Below are positions 1 through 8,722 of a DNA stretch of 9,106 nucleotides, in pieces. The DNA lies in the NCBI GenBank assembly GCA_051294375.1, contig CM119270.1, positions 20,379,108 through 20,388,213 on the forward strand, written 5' to 3'. The notes below the pieces were generated by a model. The model saw only the letters and a list, made by a program, of their open reading frames with translations, was not told where the DNA came from and made no database searches. How positions within the stretch are numbered: the first letter of the stretch is position 1; each line of letters opens with the position of its first letter. Made by a program: the position numbers and the translations under genes. The DNA is from Paraspadella gotoi. Its lineage: Eukaryota; Animalia; Chaetognatha.

Positions 1-409
1 CTCATTTCCGTTTTCGGTCTCATCAAATTTCCAGTTTTCATTTTTTCTTTTTTTTATTTTCTTTTCTTTTTTTAAATTTTTTTTTCGCGATAATTTGTTG
101 ATTTTTAAAACCATTTTTCTCTCTCGCGCGAAATCAAACTGGATTTTTCCCCCCCCAAATTTGTTTTTCTCTTTTTTTTCCTCCCCAACTTTTTAATTAA
201 CCAGTTCACCTCCTCTTCACTCGCTTCATAATGCCCCTCCTCCCTTTTATTTATACTTACTACCTCCTCCCCATCTTTTCCTATTTCCTACCCTCCCCCT
301 TTCTCTTCTCCCATTGTTTTTTTTTCTCTTCTAATTTTTCCTCCTAATTTCGGTTCAAATTTCCCCTTTTTTTTAAATTACTGTCATCTGCCTAATTTCC
401 CTCCATTTT

Positions 410-572
410 TTTTCTGTCTCTCTATCACAGTCCGTCCGAGTATGTCCCTCTTTCTGTCCATCTGTTTTTTTCTGTCTGTCCCAACGTTCCTCTTTCTGTC
501 CGTCCGACTGTCTTTTTCTGTCCGTCCCATTGTCCCTCTTTCTGTCCGTCCGACTGTCCTTTTCTGTCCGTT
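410..572 (+). repeat. Degenerate minisatellite, ~42-46 bp unit built from two ~22-24 bp tttctgtccgtcc subunits
   Basis: ctctttctgtcc occurs at 448, 490 and 536. ctctttctgtccgtccgactgtc is identical at 490-512 and 536-558. Confidence 0.85.
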
Positions 573-628
573 CACTTCAAAAAAGTTCAGCAACTCTTGA
601 AAACACAAAAGAGACGCAGCCGCTGTCC

Positions 629-691
629 TCAGTCGCTCTCTTCCTCCTCCTCCTCTTCCTCTTTTTCTTCTTCCTCCTCCTCCTCCTCCTC
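629..691 (-). CDS. Possible 3' end of a CDS with an acidic tail (EEEEEEEEEKEEEEEEEESD*), truncated by the gap; alternatively a (GAG/GAA)n microsatellite
   Basis: The minus strand reads gag x6, gaa x3, aaa gag gaa, gag x4, gaa gag agc gac TGA in one frame, with the stop at 631-629. Variation is mostly at synonymous third positions. AATAAA lies downstream on the minus strand at 251-246. Confidence 0.3.
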   Translation of the reverse strand, partial: EEEEEEEEEKEEEEEEEESD

Positions 692-693
692 TT
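636..693 (+). repeat. (CCT/CTT)n trinucleotide microsatellite abutting the gap
   Basis: Pure pyrimidine tract ttcctcctcctcctcttcc... runs into the Ns. Confidence 0.9.
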
Positions 694-793
694 NNNNNNN
701 NNNNNNNNNNNNNNNNNNNNNNNNNNNNNNNNNNNNNNNNNNNNNNNNNNNNNNNNNNNNNNNNNNNNNNNNNNNNNNNNNNNNNNNNNNNNN
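694..793. other. Assembly gap (exactly 100 N, conventional unknown-size gap)
   Basis: Run of 100 n characters. Confidence 0.99.
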
Positions 794-3241
794 AAATCCC
801 CTCCCTGCGCTCTCTTCTATATACTCTTCTGCTGCTCTTAATTATCTGGGCCTTTTTTAAATACTCTTTTATTTTTTATTTGTTTTTAGTTCCATATATT
901 TCATTTTTTATTAATTCCTTCTTTCATTTTAATTTCCTTGCCACGAGTCGCCCCGTTTCATGTTTTTTTCATGTTTTTTATTTTTTAATGTAGTTTTTTT
1001 CTGTTCTTTTTCATATGTTCTTATATCGAACTTTTTTTTTTTTTTTTTTTTTTGCTTGTTTATCTATGGTTGTAGCGATAGTTTGTTGACGATAATTTGT
1101 ACTACGACCGCTTGTGAGTGTACGAATCGTTCTCTCCATTCTATCAGTATACGTTATATTGTCGTTTCATCTCACCATTTTGTGAAGTCTCTTCTCGTTC
1201 TCTTCCCTGTTTTTTTTCTTAAAATTCTCTCTCATCCTCACTCTCTCTCTCTAAACATTCTCTCTATACCGAGATATCGAGACGAGTTCAACGTCTCCCA
1301 TTCGATCCGACGAGTGTGTACTGTACAATCACTATCCCCCTCCTACCCATTATCTCAATCTTCCTCCCCCTCTCCTCTCTCTCCTCCGCTATTTACTTTT
1401 TTATGCAAATCGTTCGCGGCGGTGATAATTTACGAGAACTGAGCGGCAGTATGCCATAGAATATAATATACCTCACAGCTCGGGCCGCCCCCTCACCCTC
1501 CATTTTTTTTTCTTTATTGCACCCCCTCTCTCTCTTTTCACAACTCTTCACAACTCCTATATCACCATCACCAGAAGTTTGAATTATTTTCACAACCGGG
1601 TTTATTTCATAGCTAAAGGCTATGTTCCGTTTCTTCCTCCTAAGCTACACGCAACGTTCCTTTCCGATTTTCAATTCACTCGCTCTCTTTCAAAAGCCCG
1701 CGACCATAACCTACACCACGGCTTCCTCACATAACGGGAGAGTGCGTCCTATACCCACATATATCCATCACGCACGGTTCTCAGGGCTTCACTACATGAT
1801 AATGTGTTCCTCCACAGATATTCCCTCTCGAGTAATCACCTCCACTAACTCGACATTATTCCACGGTATGATAGGACATATTATCGAGTAATGCGATCTC
1901 ATCGTTAAAAAAGATAATTTGGTACCGAGGAGTTAAAAAAAAAAAAAAAAGAGAGAAGATAATATATTGAGTGGGAAAGTAGAGAGATGATAACGAGTTT
2001 TTTATTTTCTTTTGTTCAAACCAAGTATCACACAGAATCGTCGAAACCTCAAAGAAGCTTCATCCCTCTTCTTCCCCTTCATCACTCATTTCCCCTCTCT
2101 TTCCCCTCTCTTTTCTCCCTATCTCTTTCGCCCTTCATTTATCTTTTTTTTCCTTGCCTCCAAACTCACGTCGCCCCACTCCCGCCATCTCTACCTTTAT
2201 TTGTTAACGTTCACGTCACATAGATCTGAGTATAATCTAATACGGATATAATTACTTTCAATGCCTTAACAATAAATCCATAATAGAGTCTCTAGTGCTA
2301 GGCCCGCCTTCAAATTTTAGCACAAACACATTTACCTTCATCAGAATTTGTTTGATTTATAAGTCGGTGTTTTGCATATGCCAATATGTTCACTCACCCG
2401 CCTATAGGAATTTCATATTAGAGTTTTGTGTAACCAGGGCGATGAGTAATACACAGCGTCTTTCGGATCGTCTAATTACCACGGGATAATCGAGTGCGCC
2501 AATTGGTGTCTACCCTGATAGGGGCACCGTTTGGGTCTAGAAGGATGCCTCTGTGCTCGAGAACGTCCTTTAGGCGGTGGAAAAACCTACCAACACTGTT
2601 TCTCCAAGACAGTGTACCCTTGTCTCCATAGATCTAATTGTCATGAATATTTAAGTTATAGCCTACTTAGACGCCATATAAATCCTATCCAGCAGATATT
2701 CTTCTCCTGTCGTTAGGAGTTTCGTGACTCTCAAAATGATTACATGTTATACAATATGTAAATTAAATGATCTAATTCACTAGATTAAAAATAAAGTTTT
2801 ATTCTCATCGATATGTATGTGTATTAGTAAATGTGAGAGGTCTTACACATCCAAAGCAACAGAGCAAAAAAGATGGTTTTCTAGAAAACAAAGAGAATTG
2901 CTTTTTCCGGTATCGTGAAAGTTTATTCATTATTTGCCTACTCTTTAAAAAAACCAGAGAAAACGTAAAAAATAGAATAAAATCTCGATATGCATCATGC
3001 AAATTAGATTTGGTAAAATATAGTTGATACTTAACGATACCGTTTCATCCATCATTCAATCCACTCAATCCCTCCACCGCAATTTCATTCCGCCCCACTC
3101 ATACTCATTCATGAGGTTCAAGAGAAAACGTTATATGTACTATGAAAAGAAATACGAGAGTCCAGTGGGTTGAAAATGTAATGTAATGGGGACAAAAACG
3201 TTTTAGTAGAGAAGGAGAGAGAATGGGAGAGAGAAGAGTAT

Positions 3242-3244
<3 letters not shown>

Positions 3245-3274
<30 letters not shown>
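3245..3274 (+). repeat. (GA)n microsatellite
   Basis: About 15 perfect GA units; counterpart at ~6577-6640. Confidence 0.95.
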
Positions 3275-3280
<6 letters not shown>

Positions 3281-3402
3281 TATTCTTTGTTTTAATATTT
3301 TACGTCAAGATCTTATACAAACGAATAAAAGATCTAAATTTTTAATGCCGGAAAATAAGCATTTAACTTTTATGGCGGGCGTCAGACAGTCCTCATCATA
3401 AA

Positions 3403-3422
3403 AGAGAGAGAGAGAGAAGTAA

Positions 3423-3454
<32 letters not shown>
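3403..3454 (+). repeat. Interrupted (GA)n microsatellite
   Basis: GA run interrupted by agtaagta; counterpart at ~6775-6835. Confidence 0.93.
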
Positions 3455-3457
<3 letters not shown>

Positions 3458-4036
3458 TTTGTACTTGGTCAAACTTTAACCAACAGAAGATACGTAATGA
3501 TTCAGGAGTGAGGTTTCCTCATTTATTTATTAATTATTAGTTTTTTTTTAGTTAGCCTAAACCCACCAAAAAAAAAATTAAAATATTTTTAGATTTATCG
3601 ATATTGTTTTTGGCGAATTCGCTCGGTGGTTTTTTTTTTGTTTTTTTTTAATGTATTCTTTTTTTATAAAAAGAATTAATAATTACTCGAATAATTTTCA
3701 AGTTTTTTATTAATTCGTTTTCTTAACAGGCCCGTATCGAGCATAAGGCTATCTCCAACGTTGCCTCGTTCTTTTGTATTTTTTTGAACTATTTTTTAAA
3801 AGTACTATCTTTCGTCTCCGGTCTCCCTTCGTCGGCCCTAAGAAGAAAATTTGACAAAATAATGAAATAAAAGAAAAACGAAATTTAAAAAAAAAAAAAA
3901 GAAGAGAAATATTCGTATGTTATCGATTGCAGAAAAATCGATTTGAGTCAAAACGTAGTCGATGATCGTCCTGCCGGCTGCAATTGCCACGTCGTTTTTT
4001 TATAAATCGCATGCGCAAGTGTGCACACGCAGTACG

Positions 4037-4063
4037 TCTCTCTCTCTCTCTCTTCTCTCTTCT

Positions 4064-4110
<47 letters not shown>
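4037..4110 (+). repeat. (CT)n microsatellite
   Basis: Long, slightly interrupted CT run; counterpart at ~7421-7500. Confidence 0.95.
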
Positions 4111-4267
4111 GTCGCCGGGTTTCGAACCGAAATACAAAAAAAATATCGTATAAAATGTAATAAAAAAAAATAAAAAATTAAATTTTAATGTAATATTTTC
4201 TTTTTTTTTCGATCATTTGAGTTTTTTTCCGTGAAATCTCATACGGGGTCATCGCATCTACATGATT

Positions 4268-4313
4268 TCATCATCATCATCATCATCACATCATCATCAA
4301 TCATCATCATCAT
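4268..4313 (+). repeat. (ATC)n microsatellite
   Basis: tcatcatcatcatc... with single-base interruptions; counterpart at ~7645-7708. Confidence 0.93.
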
Positions 4314-4577
4314 TTTCATGTACGTACCGTCAGAAATTCCTTGACGCTATAATTTCGCGCGTAGCATTTTAACGACGTTCATTCACGAGCCCTCACCTTT
4401 CACGGCCCCCTCCCCCTCCGCCCCCGACTTTTCCCTATTTCCGTCATCACTCTCTCTCACTCTCACAATCCCTTCGACTCTATATCACTCACCATCTTAG
4501 TCACCGCTTGGGCTGGCTATCATATAAGTCTCTGCTTCGTCCTTTGATTTCTATCTTTATTATATTTATTTACTCTG

Positions 4578-4618
4578 TCTCTCTACTCTCTCTCGTCTCT
4601 CTCTCTCTCTCTCTCTCT
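4578..4618 (+). repeat. (CT)n microsatellite at the copy 1/copy 2 junction
   Basis: CT run just before the restart of the repeat unit; counterpart at ~7958-8018. Confidence 0.9.
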
Positions 4619-4894
4619 TATCCTCTTTCTGTCTATCACTCCCCCCCCGCCCTTTTCACTCTCCTGCCTTCTTAATTCAACTGGCCTTTTTTTAAAACTC
4701 TTGTTCCTTTTCATTATATTATTTAACCTTTTCTTTTTAATTCCTTTTTTCTACGCTCTGTTTTTCTGTTTTTTCTGTTTTTTTTTTTTGTTTTTTTTTT
4801 CCTTTTTTTTTGTTCTTTGCCGAATTTTTTTTTTTTTTTTGCGTCATGTTTGCGATTTGTTGACGGAAATAATTAGACGGGCCATCGAAAATCG

Positions 4895-4915
4895 TCTCTC
4901 TCTCTCTCTCTCTGA

Positions 4916-4948
<33 letters not shown>
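4895..4948 (+). repeat. (CT)n microsatellite
   Basis: CT run with two small interruptions; the counterpart in copy 1 (~1130-1265) is heavily degraded. Confidence 0.9.
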
Positions 4949-4949
<1 letters not shown>

Positions 4950-5540
4950 TATCCGCCTCAGATTCGGACGTCAACGTCCTCCATTTCGTCGGACGTTCAT
5001 CGTTTTTCATCTTCCCCTCCTCCCCTTCCCTCCCTCCTCTCTCCTCTCCCTCTCCTCCTCCTCGCTCTTTACTCAAAATTCGTCGCGGCGGTGAAATTAC
5101 AAAACTGAGCCAGCCATGAAAATTCCTCACAGCCGGGCCGCCCCCCTCCCCCTCTCTCTCTTTTCACAACTCTTCACCCTAATTCACCATCACCCATATT
5201 TTCCTCCTCCCCCCCAATTCCTGCCGATTTTCAATTTCACTCCGCTCTCGCCCCCCCAAACACAACACACGGCTTCCTCACACACATTGATCCACCACAC
5301 TTTTACCCCCACGTCCACCTTCACTACCTAAATTGTCCACCCACACTTTCCCTCCAGTCCACCTCACTAAACACACAATATGTCCACTCGATACGCTCAT
5401 CGTTAAAAAAAAATTGGCCGATACGAATTAAAAAAAAAAAAAATAAGAAGAGAAATAATTTAGTGAAAATCGAGATGATCGAGTTTTATTTTTTTCTTTT
5501 TTAAAACAAAAGTACAACCGACGTCGAAACCCAAAGAACT

Positions 5541-5594
5541 CCCCTCTCTTTCCTCTCTTTCCCCTCTCTTTCCCCTCTCTTTCCCCTCTCTTTC
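5541..5594 (+). repeat. ~11-bp tandem repeat (tttcccctctc) x ~5
   Basis: cccctctcttt cctctcttt cccctctcttt cccctctcttt cccctctcttt; degraded counterpart at ~2063-2130. Confidence 0.85.
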
Positions 5595-6576
5595 GCCATC
5601 ATTCTTTTTTTTCCTCCAAACCGCGTCGCCCAACTCCCGCCACCTCCCACACTATAGACATCGTCATCAAGTACGGATATTTAATATTTCAATGCTTAAC
5701 AATAACACATTAATTAATCAATGACGGCTCGCCTCAAATTTTAACAAACAGATTACTTTCACATCGATTGTTTGTAATTAAAGTCGGCATTGCAATATTT
5801 TCACTCCCGCCTATAGCGAATTTCATATTAAGTCTGTTGACTCTTCGGTGAGTAATCCGTCAGCATCGTGATCATTAGTACCGGGATCGATCCTCAATGG
5901 TTTGTCTACCCTGTTGGGACCCTGAGGACGGCCGTAACTCCCTTAGGGGCGTGGAAAAACCTCCAAGCCTAGTTCCAAGCACAGGACCCGTTCCATGACT
6001 CAAAGTATAATTAAAGAAGCCTACTTAGCGCCTAATCACAGTTTCCCTTCTGGAGTTTCGTGACTCTCAAATGATGATACATTGTTCATACAATAATGTG
6101 AAAATAATGATCTAAATCACTAGATAAAAATGAGTTTTATCATCATCCGATATCTATGTGATTAGTAATGTGAGAGGTCTAACACATCCAACATACAGGC
6201 AACAAAAGAGGTTTTCTAGAACAAAAGATGCTTTTTCCCGGTATTCGTGAAAGTATCTATTCATTATTGTTTTATCCTACTTTCTGCCTTTAAAATATAA
6301 CAAAAAGAGAAAACGTAAAAAAATAGGAAAAAAATCTCGATATGCATTCATGCAAATTAGATTTTTTGGTAAAAATATAGTTGATTACTTTACGATACCG
6401 TTCATACTCATTCAATCACCACTCATTCCCTGCCATCGCAAATGCATTTTTACAGCCTCACGCCATATCATTCTATGAGGTTCAAGAGAAACGGTTATTG
6501 TACTAGAAAAAAATACGAGATTCAAAGTTGGGTTTGAAAATGTAATTTAATGGGGACAAAAACGTTTAGAGATGAA

Positions 6577-6591
6577 GAGAGAGAATGGGAG

Positions 6592-6623
<32 letters not shown>

Positions 6624-6803
6624 AGAGAAGAGAGAGAGAGATTATTATTCTTTGTTTTAATATTTTTAACCACGATTCTTACGAAAGAAATATAAAAAGA
6701 ATGCAAATTTTTAATGCCGGTAAAAATAAGCATTTAATACTTTTATGGCGGCGTCAGACAGTCACAAGCACAATGAGAGAGAGATGAGAGAGAGAGAAAG
6801 ATG

Positions 6804-6835
<32 letters not shown>
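6577..6835 (+). repeat. Two (GA)n tracts (~6577-6640 and ~6775-6835) flanking a unique island
   Basis: Directly visible GA runs; duplicate of the 3245-3454 arrangement. Confidence 0.88.
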
Positions 6836-6839
<4 letters not shown>

Positions 6840-7420
6840 TGTACCTTTCATAGCTTATAACCAAACAGAAGATACGTTAATGATTTCAGGAGAACGTTTC
6901 CCTCATTTATTTATTAAATTAATTAGTTATTTTTAGTTTAGCCTAAACCACCAAAAAAAAAATAAATATTTTGTAGATTTATCGTTTGTTTTTCGCGAAT
7001 TCGCCGGTGGTTTTTTTTTTTTTTGTTTTTTTTTAATAGAAAAGAATTAATAATTTATTCTCGATAATTTTCAAGTTTTTATTATTATATTCGTTTTTTC
7101 TTAACTGGGGCCTCGATGAGCCATAAGGGCTATCTCAAACGTGGCCTCAGTTCTTTTTGTTGATTTTTTTTGGAACTATTTTGTAATAGTATTTGCTTTT
7201 TCGGTCGTCCGTCTCCTTCGTCGGCCAAGAGAAAATTTAGACAAAAAATAATAAATAAATAACGTAAAAAACGAAAATTTAAAAAAAAAAAAAGAGAGAA
7301 ATATTTCGTTTTACGAGCGAAAAAACGATTTGAGTCAAAACGTATCGAACGTCCTGGCGCTGGCAATTTGCACGTCGTTTTTATTTAAACGCAGTGCGCA
7401 ATTGTGCACACGCAGACTGT

Positions 7421-7500
7421 TCTCTCTACTCTCTCTCTCTCTCTTCTCTCTCTCAATCTCTCTCTCTCTCACTCTCTCTCTATACTCTTCTCTCTCCTCA
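7421..7500 (+). repeat. Interrupted (CT)n microsatellite
   Basis: CT run with scattered single-base interruptions. Confidence 0.9.
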
Positions 7501-7644
7501 TCTCGTCGGCCGGGTTCGACCGAAATACAAAAAAAAATAATCGATAAAATGTAAAAAAAATAAGAAAAAAATATTAAATTTAATGTAATATTTTATCTCT
7601 TTTTTCGATCATTGTTTCCGGATTCTCGTCACCATCACAAGATT

Positions 7645-7708
7645 TCATCATCATCATCATCCAATCTCATCATCATCATCATCATCATCCATCATCATCA
7701 TTTCATCA
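7645..7708 (+). repeat. (ATC)n microsatellite
   Basis: catcatcat runs with single-base interruptions. Confidence 0.92.
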
Positions 7709-7957
7709 TGGACCGTCACGTGAAATTCCTGACGCGATACGCATTCCGTCATTTTAACGACGTCATTCACACCCTCACCGCCCCCTCCGCCCCCCTCCGC
7801 CCCCCGACTCTTTCCCTATTCCGTCATCACTCTCTCTCACTCTCACAATCACTTCGACTCTATATCACTCACCATCTTAGTCACCGCTCGGTCTCTCTCA
7901 GTTTTTCCGTCTCTTCTCGTTTGATTTCCATATCTTTATTATTAATTTATTTACTTC

Positions 7958-7958
7958 T

Positions 7959-8006
<48 letters not shown>

Positions 8007-8018
8007 GTCTCTCTCTCC
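7958..8018 (+). repeat. (CT)n microsatellite at the right end of copy 2
   Basis: CT run after which similarity to copy 1 ends. Confidence 0.9.
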
Positions 8019-8455
8019 TCACTTTCCGGTTCAAAACCAAAAAAACGTCAGGGAAATATCACAAGTGTCGGCTATGACATCATTATCATTATCATCATCA
8101 TCACACCATTGTCCGAGTTGTTATAAGCCTTGATAATATAAACTATATAAATCTCAATACAAACTCCCTTTTCACCCTTTTTACTCTCACCATAACATTC
8201 CTCGCCCGTCCGAAGATTCGCCCCCCCAAATTTAAGAATACCCCGGAGACCGATTAGAACGAAATCTCTCGAGCGGATCGAGTTAATCGATCTTGACTGT
8301 AGGAGAAATTTTTTCGCGGTTTTTTTTTTTCATTATGAATAAAAGAAAGGAAAAGAAAAAACAGAAAAGGCAAAACAATCATTTTCTTTCAAAAAAAAAA
8401 AATATATCGTTAATAATTTGGAGAATTTTATGAGTTAAACGAGAAAGATGATGTG

Positions 8456-8521
8456 TTTCTTCTTTTCCCTTTTTTTTCCTTTTTTCCCTTTTTTTTCCTT
8501 TTTTCCCCTTTTTTTTCTTTC
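8456..8521 (+). repeat. Polypyrimidine tract with ~10-bp period (cc[c]ttttttt)n
   Basis: C2-4 runs alternate with T6-8 runs about five times. Confidence 0.8.
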
Positions 8522-8642
8522 AATTTTTATTATCCTGATTCTCAATTCAAAACAACGACAACTAAATTACGTGTTTATGAATGATTGATGAATGATATCA
8601 ATGATTTAAATTTGTACAAATTTTTGTTTAAAAAATAAATAC

Positions 8643-8655
8643 ATTTCTTTTCCAG
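8643..8655 (+). promoter_or_regulatory. 3' splice site (polypyrimidine tract + CAG)
   Basis: atttcttttccag lies directly before the EGF exon, at the end of an AT-rich stretch. Confidence 0.88.
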
Positions 8656-8716
8656 CAATTTGTCGGCGAGGATGTCATTCGGATCACGGATCATGTGATA
8701 AACCTGGAGACTGTCG
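8656..8716 (+). CDS. Internal 61-nt coding exon of a Notch ligand (DSL family; Serrate/Jagged-like, Delta-like not excluded), N-terminal part of EGF-like repeat 1
   Basis: Flanked by a pyrimidine tract plus acceptor (atttcttttccag, AG at 8654-8655) and a consensus donor (CG|gtgagt, 8717-8722). Manual translation, phase 1 in and phase 2 out: nCA ATT TGT CGG CGA GGA TGT CAT TCG GAT CAC GGA TCA TGT GAT AAA CCT GGA GAC TGT CGn = [A/P/S/T]ICRRGCHSDHGSCDKPGDCR. The C-x3-C-x3-HG-x-C-x2-PG-x-C pattern matches EGF1 of DSL ligands as I recall them (JAG1 [21 protein letters not shown]; DLL1 [21 protein letters not shown]). No database search was run. Confidence 0.93.
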
Positions 8717-8722
8717 GTGAGT
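8717..8722 (+). promoter_or_regulatory. 5' splice site GTGAGT
   Basis: Perfect GTRAGT consensus directly after the EGF exon, followed by very AT-rich intron-like sequence. Confidence 0.9.

Larger units (their letters stand above)
794..4630 (+). repeat. Copy 1 of a ~3.4-3.8 kb direct tandem duplication (possibly an assembly artefact)
   Basis: Collinear anchors with copy 2: ggcctttttt 849/4683; cgcggcggtga 1415/5084; ggagtttcgtgactctcaaa 2716/6052; ttttatggcgg 3368/6741; and 4441-4508 vs 7821-7888, identical at 67 of 68 nt. End points are approximate. Confidence 0.92.
4631..8018 (+). repeat. Copy 2 of the direct tandem duplication
   Basis: Same anchors and same order of microsatellites (GA, GA, CT, ATC, CT) as 794-4630. 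Similarity ends in the CT tract near 8018, and unique sequence follows. Confidence 0.92.

Noticed and set aside
87-101. gcgataatttgttga resembles 1075-1089 and 4852-4864, suggesting a third repeat copy left of the gap
   Set aside because: Similarity does not extend convincingly beyond ~15 nt plus poly-T, and later anchors are missing from 100-693.
448-572. CRISPR-like appearance of 23-bp repeats at regular spacing
   Set aside because: The 'spacers' are variants of the repeat itself, the context is eukaryotic, and there are no cas genes.
1971-1977. GTGGGAA Su(H)/CSL-like site, attractive in a Notch-ligand intron
   Set aside because: It lacks the leading pyrimidine and is absent from copy 2 (tagtgaaaat), in the noisiest part of the sequence.
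3596-3603. DRE motif TATCGATA
   Set aside because: Present only in copy 1 (copy 2 reads tttatcgtttg), with no promoter context.
3613-3622. Palindrome gcgaattcgc (also 6995-7004), and gatcga-gttaa-tcgatc at 8276-8292
   Set aside because: Short isolated palindromes are expected in 9 kb of CpG-rich DNA, and there is no supporting context.
3245-4110. (GA)n and (CT)n tracts as long inverted repeats or MITE termini
   Set aside because: The complementarity is just that of two common microsatellites; there is no unique terminal sequence or target-site duplication.
5915-5945. Hammerhead-ribozyme-like core: CTGAGGA (5922-5928, fits CUGANGA) then cggccg-taac-tc; copy 1 has ...cgagaacgtcc
   Set aside because: Neither copy has an intact GAAA box, and the flanks cannot form stem I. 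Worth rechecking only on a polished consensus.
384-8133. All ORFs in the supplied six-frame track
   Set aside because: They are low-complexity translations of microsatellites and homopolymers (SLSL, RERE, FFFF, IIII/HHHH). Frames are not preserved between the two duplicate copies, and none has a recognisable domain.
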